64,000 bases of DNA, from the NCBI RefSeq assembly GCF_004010195.1, contig NC_057720.1, forward strand, positions 35,300,771 to 35,364,770, given 5' to 3'. The position numbers and the translations under genes are program-made. This document shows positions 1 through 11,440 of the stretch, piece after piece (positions within the stretch are counted from its first letter, which is position 1; every line of letters begins with the position of its first letter). The DNA comes from Chiloscyllium plagiosum. Taxonomy: Eukaryota. The notes under the pieces were generated by a model. It was not told where the DNA came from, did not search any database, and worked only from the letters and a program-made list of their open reading frames with translations.

Positions 1-600
1 TCTAAACCCTGGAACATCCAGCAACCATTCCTGCCCCTGAGAAACCCATGTCTCTGTTATGGCCACAACATCATAGCACCAGGTACTGATCCATGCTCTA
101 AGTTCATCACTTTTATTCCTGATACTCCTTACGTTAAAGCCACACACTTTAACTGGTCCCTTGGTTCCTTCCCAGGAAAATCCTTCCCACTAGCTGGTCT
201 ATCCCTTGCTATTGCCTCTTCTGCATCAACTCTCACCTCCAGTATACAGCTCAGGTTCCCATACTAGTTTAAACCCTCTCTAACTTTAACTGGTCCCTTG
301 GTTCCTTCCCAGGAAAATCCTTCCCACTAGCTGGTCTATCCCTTGCTATTGCCTCTTCTGCATCAACTCTCACCTCCAGTATACAGCTCAGGTTCCCATA
401 CTAGTTTAAACCCTCTCTAACTAATCGAGCAAACCTTCCACCCAGGACATTGATCCCCTTCCAGTTCAGATGCAACCTGTCCTTCTTGTACAGGTCCCAC
501 TTTCCCCAGAAGGCATCCCAATTATCTACATCTCTGAAGCCCTCCCTCCGACACCAGCTGCGCAGCCACGTGATAAGCTGTGCCCACTCCCTGTTGCCTC
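1..600 (-). mobile_element. CR1-clade LINE fragment (end of ORF1/spacer and start of ORF2 APE endonuclease), runs off window edge
   Basis: Reverse strand of 1-140 reads FNVRSIRNKSDELRAWISTWCYDVVAITETWVSQGQEWLLDVPG, matching the APE start of the CR1 copies at 38.8-39.1 kb and 60.7 kb. Confidence 0.85.
146..419. repeat. Perfect 137-bp tandem duplication inside CR1
   Basis: 146-282 is identical to 283-419; ACT microhomology at the junction (146-148, 283-285, 420-422). Confidence 0.95.
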
Positions 601-904
601 TTATTGGAGATGATCATTGCCTGGCTTTTGTGCGGTGTGAATGTTACTTACAAAGAACTTGTTGCCTTTGTCATTTTTGCTGGTAAGGGTTGCAGGTTTT
701 GAATTGCTGTGGAAGATGCCTTTACATATTGCTGGAATGCAGCAGACAGTCACACTCCTTCCACAGTGGTTCGTGGCGGAAGAGGTGAATGTTTATCATA
801 GTAAGTTGAAATGTTATCAGGCGATCTGCTTTGACTTCAATGGTGTCATGTTTCTTGGGTATTGTTACAGTTGCACCCATTTAGGCAATTAAAGAGTTTT
901 CCAT

Positions 905-1235
905 TAGGTTAGATTCCCTACAGTCTGGAAACAGGCCCTTCAGTCCAACAAGTCCACACCAACCCTCCAAAGATTAACCCACCCAGACCTATTCCCCTAG
1001 CCTATAATTGGCCCTGACTAATGCACCTAACATTACAGGGAATTTAGCACAGCCAATTCATCTGATCTGCACACCTTTGGACTGTGGGAAGAAACCGGAG
1101 CACCCAGAGGAAACCCACGCAGACACAGGGAGAATGTGCAAACTCCACACAGACAGTCACCCAAGGCAGGACATCGAACCCGGCTCCTGGTGCTGTGAGG
1201 CAGCAGTGCGAACCACTGAGCCACTGTGCCGCCCC
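905..1235 (-). mobile_element. HE1-type V-SINE (tRNA head, V domain, CR1-derived tail)
   Basis: Reverse strand: GGGGCGGCACAGTGGCTCAGTGG (A box), GGGTTCGATGTCC (B box), V-domain TGTGTGGAGTTTGCACATTCTCCC...GGTGCTCCGGTTTC, tail GGGCCTGTTTCCA...GGGAATCTAA. Confidence 0.9.
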
Positions 1236-1607
1236 TAACTTGTCGATGCCTTTTGTGAGGTACAGACTTTGTAGAGACTCAAGACTATTTCTTATTGTCA
1301 ATATGTCATCACACTTTTAATGGACATGCTGTCATCGCTGTATCTTTGCATGTGACCTGAGGGTGTATAGATGTCATAATACATAATACTCTGAGATTAC
1401 TTGAAGGATCATTGGAAGCAGGCAACTTTGTTGAAACCTATTAACTTAATATTAATTCAGTCAGCTAGGTGCCTGAGAAATGTAATGTTTATGTTTAATT
1501 GTTAGCTTAATAAACATCTATTGTATTCTTCAATACCACAATATTTAAGCCAAGTTACTTATGGTACATTGGCATCGCTGCATTGGGTAAAAGATACTAT
1601 TAAACTA

Positions 1608-2243
1608 AGACCAAAAGAATTAGGACTAGAAGTGGGCCATTTGCCTACTTCATGCCTTCCCCATCATTCAACAATATCATGGATAATCTGCTCCAAGCTT
1701 CAATTCCTCTTTCACGTCAGCTTATCATAGCCCTCAACACCCAATAATTCAAAAATCTATCCACCTATTCTTTTATGTTTTCAGTAATCTCACCTCCACT
1801 ATTCTCTGAGGTAGAGAATTCCGAACATTCACAACTCTCTGAGAGAAGAAATTCTTTTCACATCTCAAGTTTAAATGTATGTCCCCATTTTCTGCAATTA
1901 TGTGCTGAAATTCGAGATGCCTCCCACAAGTGAAAACATCTCAAGTATCTATTTGCCAAGCCCCCTCAGAATCTGATATATTCCAATAAAACCTCTTTCA
2001 TTCTTCTAGACTCTAATGGATAAAGGCCTGAACTATATAGTGGTTCTTAAAAAATCAACCCCTTCATCTTAGGGATGAATGTCTTTAGAACAACCTCCAT
2101 TGCGAATATATCCTTTCTTAAATATGGGGACCAGATGTCGTTTCACCAATACTCTGTACATTTGAAACAAACTATCCCCATTTTTTATCTCCAACTACAA
2201 CAAAAGCCAGAATTCCATTTACCTTCTTAATTATTTGCTGCAT
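1608..2243 (-). mobile_element. Old CR1 3'-end fragment
   Basis: Similar to the CR1 3' ends at 27275-27662 and 42644-43300 (reverse complement of the QRVV.WNSLP region). Confidence 0.7.
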
Positions 2244-4420
2244 AGAGTCATAAGAGTCTGACAGTATAGAAACAGGCCATGCCCACCAAGTCTATGCTGA
2301 CCAACAAACACCAAATTGCACTAATTCAATTTACCTGCACTTGCCTCACAGACTACTATGCCCCGGTATTTTAAGTACTCATCCAGATGTTTCTAAAATG
2401 CTGTGAGAGTATCAGACTCTACCACCCTCTCAGGCAGCTCATTCCATATTTCTATCACACTCTGGGTGGAAACATTATTTCCCTTATGTTTTTGAAATCA
2501 CTTGCTCCAATACTTCAACTTATGTTCTCCCGTCTGAGACATGTCTACCATGGAGAAGAGATTGTCATGGTTTGCCATGTCTGTACCTCTTATAATTTTG
2601 TCTACCTCAATCAGATCCCCCCTCAACTTCCTCATCTCCAAGGAAGACAAAACTAGCCTATTCAGTCTCTCCTCAGAATGAAGACTTTTCATCCCAGCCA
2701 ACACCCCTGTGAATCGCTTCTGCACCCTCTCCAGTGAATCCTTCCAATAGTGTGGCAACCAGAATTGCACAGTATTCCATCGGTAACCGAACAAATATTT
2801 AATGAAGTTATAAGAAGACTTTCTTGCTCCGATATTCTATGCCCTGGCTAATAAAGACAAGCATCCTCTATGCCTACTTCACTACCCTGTCTATCTGTGC
2901 TGACAGCTTCAGGGTTCTATGGACTTGTACAGCAAGGTTCCTTTGTTTCTTAGTACTCCCTAGAGACCAATCATTCATTGTGTAGGTCCTTCTTTATGAG
3001 ACCTTCCAAAATGCCTCACCTTGCACTTAGCAGGTTTAAATTCCTTCCCCCGAATTTACCAGCTGGTCAATATCAGACTGTAGCTTGAGTCCTCACTATC
3101 GACAACACCACCAATTTTCATACCATCTGCAGACTTGCTAATTATACCTTCTACATTCACATCTGATTTATTAATATAAATGATAAAACAGCAAGGGTCC
3201 CAGCACGGAACCCTGTGTTATACTGAAGCTTTCAATTACAAAACAACCCTCTACCATTATTCTTTGCCTCTTACTTGTCAGCCAATTGTGGATTCAGTTT
3301 GCCCACTTGCCTTGAATCCCCTGAGCTCTTATGTTTTGGATTAGCCCTCCATGTCAAAGGCCCTACTGAAGTGCATGTAAACCATATCAACTGCACTATC
3401 CTCATCAATATATTTAGTCACCTGTTCAAAACAATAATTAAATTAGTCAGAAGGTCTCCCTCTAACAAATCTATGCTGACTATCCGTGATCAGTCTGCGT
3501 CTTTCCAAGTATTGTTTAATCATGTCCCTCAGAATTTTTTGAGATAGTTTTCTTAACACTGATATCTAAATAACCGGCCTTTAGTTACCTGCTGCCCTTC
3601 TTGAACAAAGGAGCCATATTAGCTATCCTCCAATCACCTGGCACTTCACCTGTGGCCAGCAAAGTATTAAATATCTCTGCCAGGGCCCCAGTAATCACCT
3701 CCCTTGCCTCTCACAGTAGCCGGGAATACATCTCGTCAGGCCCTCGGGAATTGTACAACTGTATCTCCATTAAAATATCTAACACCCACTCCTTATTAAT
3801 CCTAATGAGTTCTAGAACATCACCAACCCAACTGAAATCCCTAACTACAATGTCCATTCTCCTTTGTGAATACAGGTGGGAAGTATTTATTTAAGACCTC
3901 ATCTATGTATTTAATGCACTTCCTGACACATGCTTCCTTCCTTTTCTATATAAAACTCTGAATATCCCTTGATAACCAAGGTTCCCTGGACCTGCTGCTC
4001 TTGCCCTTCACTCTGAGAGAAAAAGGCTCACCCTGAACTCTCATCATACTACTTTTATAAGACTCCTACTCTCCTGTTAATAGCTGCTCCCAGTCTACCA
4101 TTGCCAGATCCTGGCTAATGACATTGAAATTGATCTTCCCCTAATTTAGCCACTTAATTTCTGCATTATCCCTATCCCTTTATATAAAGACTTTGAACTT
4201 ACTGGGTCACTATCCCCAAAATGCTTGCCCACTGAAACTTCAACCACTTGAGTGGCTTCATTCTATAGGATTACCTCTAGCACTGCCCTATCCCCAGTAG
4301 GACGCTCTATGCACTGGCACAGAAAGCTCTCCTAGATGCACTTTAGAAATTTCATTCCATTTAATCCTTTCACACTAAGGTTAACATTAGGAAAATTGAA
4401 GTCCCTACAACTATAACTGC
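2244..4420 (-). mobile_element. CR1 LINE ORF2 fragment (RT to 3' end), decayed
   Basis: ORF 2498-2794(-): LERVQKRFT...ERLNRL...LRGDLIEV; GSVLGP motif near 3200; antisense PLVQ/W region at 3600-3720. Confidence 0.85.
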
Positions 4421-4982
4421 ATGCGAACATTTTGTATTTCATGCACAAGATCTCTTTTACCCTGCACATTTTTGGAGTCTCTCCACTCAAATAATAATTT
4501 ATTCTGATTTGTCCAATAAAACTGCATGATCACACTTTTCCTAAAGCCTTGTGCTTTAATGCATGGATCATTTGCAATAAAATGGATGAATTAGTCATGC
4601 AAATAGAAGTGAATGGGCAAGATATAGTTGATGTTGTGGAGACATGGCTGCAAGACGACCAGAGATAGAAACTGAATATCAAGGGGTAGGAAGGGCAGAC
4701 AAAAAAAGGAGGTTGTAAAACATCACAGGTTAAAGAGGAAATTAATGCAATAGTGAGGAAGGATATAAGCTCCAGTGAATTGAAATTTATATGGATGGAG
4801 CTTAGATAAACCATGATAATTGGATTGTTATAGACCTCCAAACTGTGGGCATAATATTGGGTAAGACATTAAGTGGGAAATTAGAAACACAGGCAATAAA
4901 GGTACAGCTGTAATTATGGCAACGTGAGTCTGCACATTGAATAGACAAATCAAATCAGTAACAATAGCATAGGGGAGGAATG

Positions 4983-5690
4983 ATAGAGTCAGTCATAGAG
5001 ATGTACAGCACGGAAACAGACCCTTTGGTCCGGCTTGTCCTTACCAATCAGATATCTTAACCTAATCTAGTCCCATTTGCCAGCATTTGGCCCATATCCC
5101 TCTAAATCCTTCCTATTCATATACCCATCCAGATGCCTTTTAAATGCTGTATTTGTGCTGTATCTGGCAGCTCATTCCATACACGCACTATTCTCTGCGT
5201 GAAAAAGTTGTCCCTTAGGTCTCTTTTATATCTTTCCCCTCTCACCCTAAACCCTCTAGTTCTGGACTCCCCTACCCCAGGGAAAAGACCTGGTTTGTTT
5301 ATCCTATCCATGTCCCTCATCATTTTTCAAACCTCTGAAAGGTCACCCCTCAGCCTCTGGGGAAAACAGCCCCAACCTATTCAGCCTCTCCTTATAGCTC
5401 AAATCCTCCAACCCTGGTAACATCCTTGTGAATCTTTTCTGAACCCTTTGAAGTTTCACAACATTCTTCCAATAGGAAGGAGACCAGAATTGCACACGAT
5501 ATTCCAAAAGTGGCCTCACCAATATCCTGTACAATTCTCCTGCTCCTTGAATGCTTTTCCAGCACCCCATTCTCAACCAATATTCTATACTGCCACAACA
5601 TGACCTCACAACTCCTATACTCAATGCTCTGACCAATAAAGGAAAGCATACCAAACGCCTTCTTCACTATCCTATTCACATGCAACTCTA
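4983..5690 (-). mobile_element. CR1 3'-end fragment
   Basis: ORFs 5343-5654(-) and 5117-5323(-): LVRPLLEYRVQFWSP, RVQKRFTRMLPGL, FFTQRIVRVWNELP; tail CTCTATGACT. Confidence 0.9.
5533..5575 (+). mobile_element. 43-bp family-A mini-element fragment starting at the predicted hammerhead cleavage site
   Basis: AATTCTCCTGCTCCTTGAATGCTTTTCCAGCACCCCATTCTCA matches family-A sequence; flanked by imperfect 15-bp TSD ACCAATATCCTGTAC (5518-5532) / ACCAATATTCTATAC (5576-5590). Confidence 0.7.
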
Positions 5691-6877
5691 CTTGAATCAA
5701 ATGGTTTTCTGGATCAAAATATTGAGGAACCAACAAGAGAATATGCCATTCTAGACAGGTATTGTATATTGAGAAAGGAATAATTGGCAATGTAAAGGAG
5801 ATCTGTGATGTTGCCTCAGATTTTTAACGGCTATCACTGGATATTCCAACTTTGTAGACAATGTATCCCCACTGAGAGACTTACTTAACAAGGACATCCC
5901 CAGTGTATGGCAAGATATCCATTAATATGTATTCTGTCAGCAGAATCTTCTTTACTGAAATACTATCAACTTCAAGACATGCTTCTTGATGTAAATGCAT
6001 TGTAAAATGGCTAGGTGCATGTCTTCAGCAAGATGAAAAATCCTTTTGGTTCAAAATCCATGTTATCTACACAAGCCAGCTACTCCAATATAAAGTGTGA
6101 GACATTAGCTCTGGTTTTTGGTCATATTTAATGTCACAGAAACTTATTCAGCAAGAAATTCATGATTGAAGCAAATAATAAGCCAGAGAAGATGATCTAC
6201 CACAAACTGCTAACAACGCACTGTCACATTTGCAGTGTCTAATTGTCAAGATCCAAGGATATGAAGTGAGAAGCAAGCAGGTACCAGTATGATTACGTCT
6301 GACACTCTGAATAGATTGCCAGACCCACACAAAGACCAAGATATTCCTCTTCATTTACATGTTGATGGTCTTGGTTAGGACATTGAAGACATCCTTAAGG
6401 TTAGAGCCAGTGCCAAGGTGTGCAGTTACTATTCGCAGTTGCCAAAGATGAGCAACTACAAGATTTATAAGGGTTCATTGTCCAGGGATGACTTAACAGG
6501 ATTAAAGAAGTACCTGAGAAGATTTGCTCATGTGACCATGCAAAAAGAAAGCAGGTATATTTGTGACATGTATTTTCAAGGGCAAACAAGTCCTGATATT
6601 AAAAGCATTATGAAAAGATATCATGTTCATGTTATACCAGGAATGCATGGATATTGAACGCACAGGGCAGCTAGCCAGTGATGGATTGCTTCTTTATAGT
6701 TCTCACTGTTTGATGAGTTAGCAATACAATGAGCACTTTTTATATTTTATTCACTATCCTGGAATGGATAATGTTGACAATGGACCACAATTAATTTGCA
6801 AACCATTTCAAGATATGTACTAAGTGGGTCATACATTGTTACCCCACTATCAATGTTCAATTGGTGTGGCAGAACAT

Positions 6878-6969
6878 TCCTGATGAAGGGTTTTTGCCCA
6901 AAACATCAATTTTCCAGTTCCTCGGTACTGCCTGACCTGCTGTACTTTTCTAGCACCTCACTCTAATCT
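6878..6969 (+). mobile_element. Family-A hammerhead mini-element (degenerate core) in Gypsy integrase
   Basis: CTGATGA AGGGT TTTT GCCC AAAA CATC; imperfect TSD TGGCAGAACAT (6867-6877) / TGACAGCACAT (6970-6980). Confidence 0.75.
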
Positions 6970-8409
6970 TGACAGCACATATAGTCCATGCCTTCAAATC
7001 ACATATTTAAGTCTTTAGCAATGAAACAGGACTTGCACATTCAATTGCTGTAATGGAGAAGGGGTTGCCATCACGAGCATGATTTATGCTGTGAAGGTAA
7101 GTGGGAACAAACATGTCCAGCTACCAATTGTCCAACCTGAGTTACTGCACACAGATCAGAATGTTGGAAAAACACATGATGACTAAGTAGATACAGAATG
7201 ATCAGATTGACCAGTCTGGGCAGAATACTAATTTGAAACACAGATATAAATACTTGAATACTGGAAAAGATTTCTAAAATATACGATCAGACCAGATTAC
7301 TGATCACTGCTAAAGAACATAAACCAGCTCAGAACAATGTGTGGCACATCAAGCATGCATGAAGAGAGAGGAAGAACACCCCAATGTGAATGATTGTTTA
7401 GTGATGATCAGTGACAGCTACCAGCAGCTTTTGGAATGATTTTCATATTAACAAGCATAAATACGTATTTGGAATAGGTTTTTTTTATCTTTGGGAAAAG
7501 GGGCACATTGTGCTTTTTAATACAGTAAATATGCCAGTATAACTTTAAGAGACATGCTGATGACTTCATCATTGCACATGACCTGAGAGCATAAAAATCT
7601 CATTCTCCATCTTACCCTGAGAACACTTGAGGTATGACATTACTGGAAGCAGGCTCCTCTGTTGTAGCATTTTAAGTCAATATTTGCACAGACACTGAGA
7701 TTGCTGAGAAATATAATGGTCATATGTAATAATTAGCTGTTCAATACCACAATAACTAACCCGAGTGTCTTATGTTTTGGGGGATAATATCAGCATTACC
7801 TCATTGGTAAATATCCCTTTGGACCCAGATCAAAGTGATGAGCCAAATATCACAGAAGACCCAGTCTCTGAGTCGTTTTGATATCAACAACATCGATGTG
7901 TCTGCTCCGATACAGATGGAAAACTCAGCAATAGAAATGCAATTGAATGTCAATGCGAATTCTTTAGATTCACTCGCTTATTGGAGATACCCGTTGCCTG
8001 ACACATATCATGGGTAATTGTTACTTGCTACATTTTGCCGCACACAAGCAAAGATCATGCCTTTTTTTTTAAAGAATTACGAATGGACCTGAACACTGCA
8101 GTCATCATTGAGCAACTTCTGGCAATATTCTCAAATGCTGAACTCACACACACATCCACATTGTTTTCAAAACATAATAATCAGCAGATGTTGTGGCTTT
8201 GTGAATTGCCCATCATTGTGCTACATCTTTTGCCTCGTTCCAAGCCACTATTACTTCATAATCACAAATGATGGTTGTTATACTTGTGCTTCTTAATATG
8301 TGTTCCCATAAGCTGTCCTTGCAGCCGTGAAATATGCATTTTTCTGGAGTTGTCCTTTTTAGAAATAGAGGTGACTTTTAGATGTGGCAAGGCCATGCAG
8401 CCCAACTTG

Positions 8410-8532
8410 GAGAAACTGCGGACTGCAGATGCTGGAGATCAGAGGTGAGAGTGTGGTGTTGGAAAAACATAGAATCTGAGGAGCAGGAGAATCAACGTTT
8501 TGGGCAACAGTCTTTCATCAGGAATGAGGCTT
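8410..8532 (-). mobile_element. Family-A hammerhead mini-element (degenerate)
   Basis: GAGAAACTGCGGACTGCAGATGCTGGAGATCAGAG...AACGTTTTGGGC...TTCATCAGGAATG, homologous to 36636 and 48019; possible TSD CAACTTG (8403-8409 / 8539-8545). Confidence 0.75.
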
Positions 8533-9529
8533 CATGGTCAACTTGCCTATGCTGAAATTAGGACCCTCTTGGATGATTTTGCAAAACCCCATTTTCCAAT
8601 TTCTGGAGACGAGAGCAATTATTATGCCATGTAACGAAATAAGAACAAGGAGCGTAGCAAACAGTTTTAATGAAAGCCTCCAGGCATGTTACATAATATG
8701 CCAGAAATGTCTAGTGATACGTTTTGGCACTGGCAAACCTAGTCCATGGTATTTTAGTCATAACTAGTTTGCTTTAATTCTGACCTCATCTCCTGATTTT
8801 GATTTTAGTATCATTTTAATTCTAATCTTTATTAAAACTTGATACTGACCTTAGTTTCATCTTTTGGATCCAAGTTTTAAGTTGTTACTTAACCTTCAGC
8901 CGGGGAAAAGATTTCTTTCTATAATTGTGTTCACATCTTTTTGAAGATTTTATTCCAAAATATGATATTTCAAAAAAATCACTTTCTGTACTCTTTCACT
9001 TGATACTCTACTCATAAGGTCATAAAAAGTATTAGGTGATGCACCAGTGCCTAAAGTGATAAGGAGACTTATTTCAACTATTTCAATTCCCAACATCTGT
9101 TCCAAATATCAAGCAACTTTTAGGCTGGAAAATAATTTCAGTTTTATTCACATCACGCTAATTTTATTTTATTTATTCTTCAAACACAATGCAGTCCAAA
9201 ATTTGTTGCCATCATTTTAAGCAGAAATTTCATCAGCATGTTTCTTTCCTGTTTTGGCTATCAATGTAAATGCCTGTATTATGCTGCCACCATGTGGCCA
9301 AGGAGATTCAGGTTTCTCTTCTAATCAAGGCTCTCGTCATAATCCTGACATGAATGATCTCAAAATAGCAATATACAAAAACACCTCACAAAAATTCCCT
9401 TACAATTACATTAATCAAGTTGATTGAATTGGTCAAAGTAGCCAGCTTGTATCTCACTATTGATTTTAATTTCTATTAGTGTAAAGGGAATGCTGGGTGA
9501 TTAGAGAATTTGAGGCTCTGGTCAAGAAA

Positions 9530-11440
9530 GGCGACACCAGGGTATAGTCCAACAGGTTTATTTGAGATCACAAGGTTTTGGAGCATTGCCCCTTCATCAG
9601 GTGAAGTGAGAGAGAAGCACACAGGCACAGAATCTATAGGCAGAGAGATTAATGGGCAGAGAGATCAAAAGGTCATACAAATAGTGTGAGTGGAGGTCAA
9701 CAGGCTGAATACTAGGTCTCTATGGGTGATCAAGAATGTCAGACAGTGTGAGTAAAGTGTCAACAGCTGAATAACAAGCAAACAGATTACGTGTAATCTG
9801 ACTAAATGAGGCAGAGAGATAATTACAAAGAATTAAAAATAAAGTGGTGCTGGAGACAAACCAAATGACTGGAATACATAATAGGTATAAAGAATTGCAT
9901 GCTGGGGTTCTAACCAAAGTAATACGTAATCGAAAACTGTACAAACTAATTGCAGAGGATCATAACAATTTATCAAAGTGATGATGTAAAAACAGGACAG
10001 TACGGAAGATTTTACGATACAGCACATTGCGGTGGGGTCACATGTAGCACAACATGAACCCAAGATCACGGTTGACGCTATCATCATGGGTATGAAACTT
10101 GGCTATCAGGTTGTGTTCAGCGATTCTGCTTTGTAAATTATCTCGAAGGCCGCCATGGAGGACAAGCTCTGCGCATACCCAAGATCTACTCAAATGAGGA
10201 GGAACGTGATGGCCACCTAAAGATTTTGAAGGATACTCTCATAAGAATAGGATATGATACTCAACTCATCAATCATCAATTCCAATGTGGCATAGGAAAA
10301 AACTGCCACAACCTCCTCAGAAGACAGACACCTTCGTCATCCAGTACTTCCCTGGAGTGGAGAAACTATGCCATGTTCTTTGCAGCCTTCAACATGTCAT
10401 CAATGATGATGAATATTTCACCAAGATCAAATCACCAAGATCATCCCTACGCTTTCATTTCTCACCTTCAAACAATCACCAAACCTTAAATAAACCACAG
10501 TTCGTAGCAAACTACCTAGCCTTCAGGACAACATCACATGTGGGAATACCACCTACCACGTACACAGCAGATATTCATGTAACTCTGCCAATGTTGTCCA
10601 TATCAGATGAGGCATGGTACATTGGCGAGACTGTGCAGTTGCTATGGCAACAGATGAATAGACACCATGCAACAATCGCCAGAGAGGGATGTTCCTTCCC
10701 TGTCGGGTAACACTTTAATGGTCAAGGACATTCAGTTTCCGATCTTCGGGTCAGCATCCTCCAAGGCGGCCTTCAGGATAAACAACAATGCAGAATTGCT
10801 GAGCAGAAACTGACAGCCAAGTTCCATATCAATGAAAGACGGCCTCAACAATGATCTGGGGTTCATGTTGCACTTGCATGTGACCCCACCTCACTGTTCT
10901 GTATCTGTAAAATATTTTGTACTGTCCTGTTTTGACACCATCACCTTGATAAATTGTTATGATCTCCCTACCTTAATTAGTTTGCACAGTTTTGGATTAC
11001 TTATTATTTTGGTTAGACCCTCGGCATGCGATTCTTATACCTATTATATTATCCAGCCATTTGGTTTGTCTCCAATACTACTTATTTTTAATTTTTTGGT
11101 AATCATCTCCCTGCCTCATTTAATCAGATTATAATCCATTCGCTTGTTATTCGGCTGTTGACACTTTACTCACACCATCTGACCTTTTTGATCAACTGCA
11201 GAGACCTATTATTCAGCCTATTGACACTCAACTCACACCGTTTGTATGATCTTTTGATGTCTCTGCCCATTGATCTCTCTGCCTATCGATTCTGTGTCTG
11301 TGTGCTTCTCTCTCACTTCACCTGATGAAGTGACAACGCTCCAAAAGCTTGTGATTTCAAATAAACCTGTTGGACTATAATCTGGTGTTTCCAGGCTTCT
11401 GACCTTGCCCACCCCAATCCAATACTGGCACCTCCACATC
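9530..11440 (+). mobile_element. Penelope-like element with GIY-YIG remnant and inverted pseudo-LTR
   Basis: 10570-10865 reads SANVV...WYIGETVQLLWQQMNRH...PVG*HFNGQGHSVSDLRVSILQGG...EQKL...GLNNDLGF. 9530-~10163 is the reverse complement of ~10755-11392. Exact 12-bp TSD CTGGTCAAGAAA at 9518-9529 and 11441-11452. Confidence 0.92.
11319..11353 (+). ncRNA. Degenerate minimal hammerhead ribozyme in PLE pseudo-LTR (second copy at ~9569-9603, minus strand)
   Basis: CAC-CTGATGA-AGTGACAACGCTCC-AAAA-GCTT-GTG; GAAA appears decayed to AAAA (CpG-type change); homologous to the intact core at 62278-62312. Confidence 0.6.

Larger units (their letters stand above)
4545..5800 (+). mobile_element. CR1 APE-domain fragment interrupted by an opposite-strand CR1
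   Basis: LCFNAWIICNKMDEL...DVVETWLQ and GLL.RPP at 4550-4840; resumes after 5690 (GFLDQ.IEEPTRE.AILD). Confidence 0.7.
1290..7775 (+). mobile_element. Old Gypsy/Ty3 LTR retrotransposon with both LTRs (~1290-1568 and ~7508-7775), internally deleted and split by ~4.2 kb of nested CR1
   Basis: Diverged direct repeats (GACATGCTG...TGACCTGAG...TGGAAGCAGGC...CTGAGAAAT...TTCAATACCACAATA in both). TGGCATCG PBS-like sequence follows the first copy; purine tract GGGAAAAGGGG precedes the second. 5800-7400 gives decayed RNase H (LGACLQQ, LIVKIQGYEV) and integrase (DNGPQLICKPFQDM) motifs. Confidence 0.7.

Noticed and set aside
1008..1320. Recurrent small ORFs such as MAQWLALLPHSAR... and DCGRKPEHPEETHADTGRMCKLH (also 22.0, 33.3, 33.7, 35.7, 55.0 kb)
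   Set aside because: Chance translations of HE1/V-SINE sequence.
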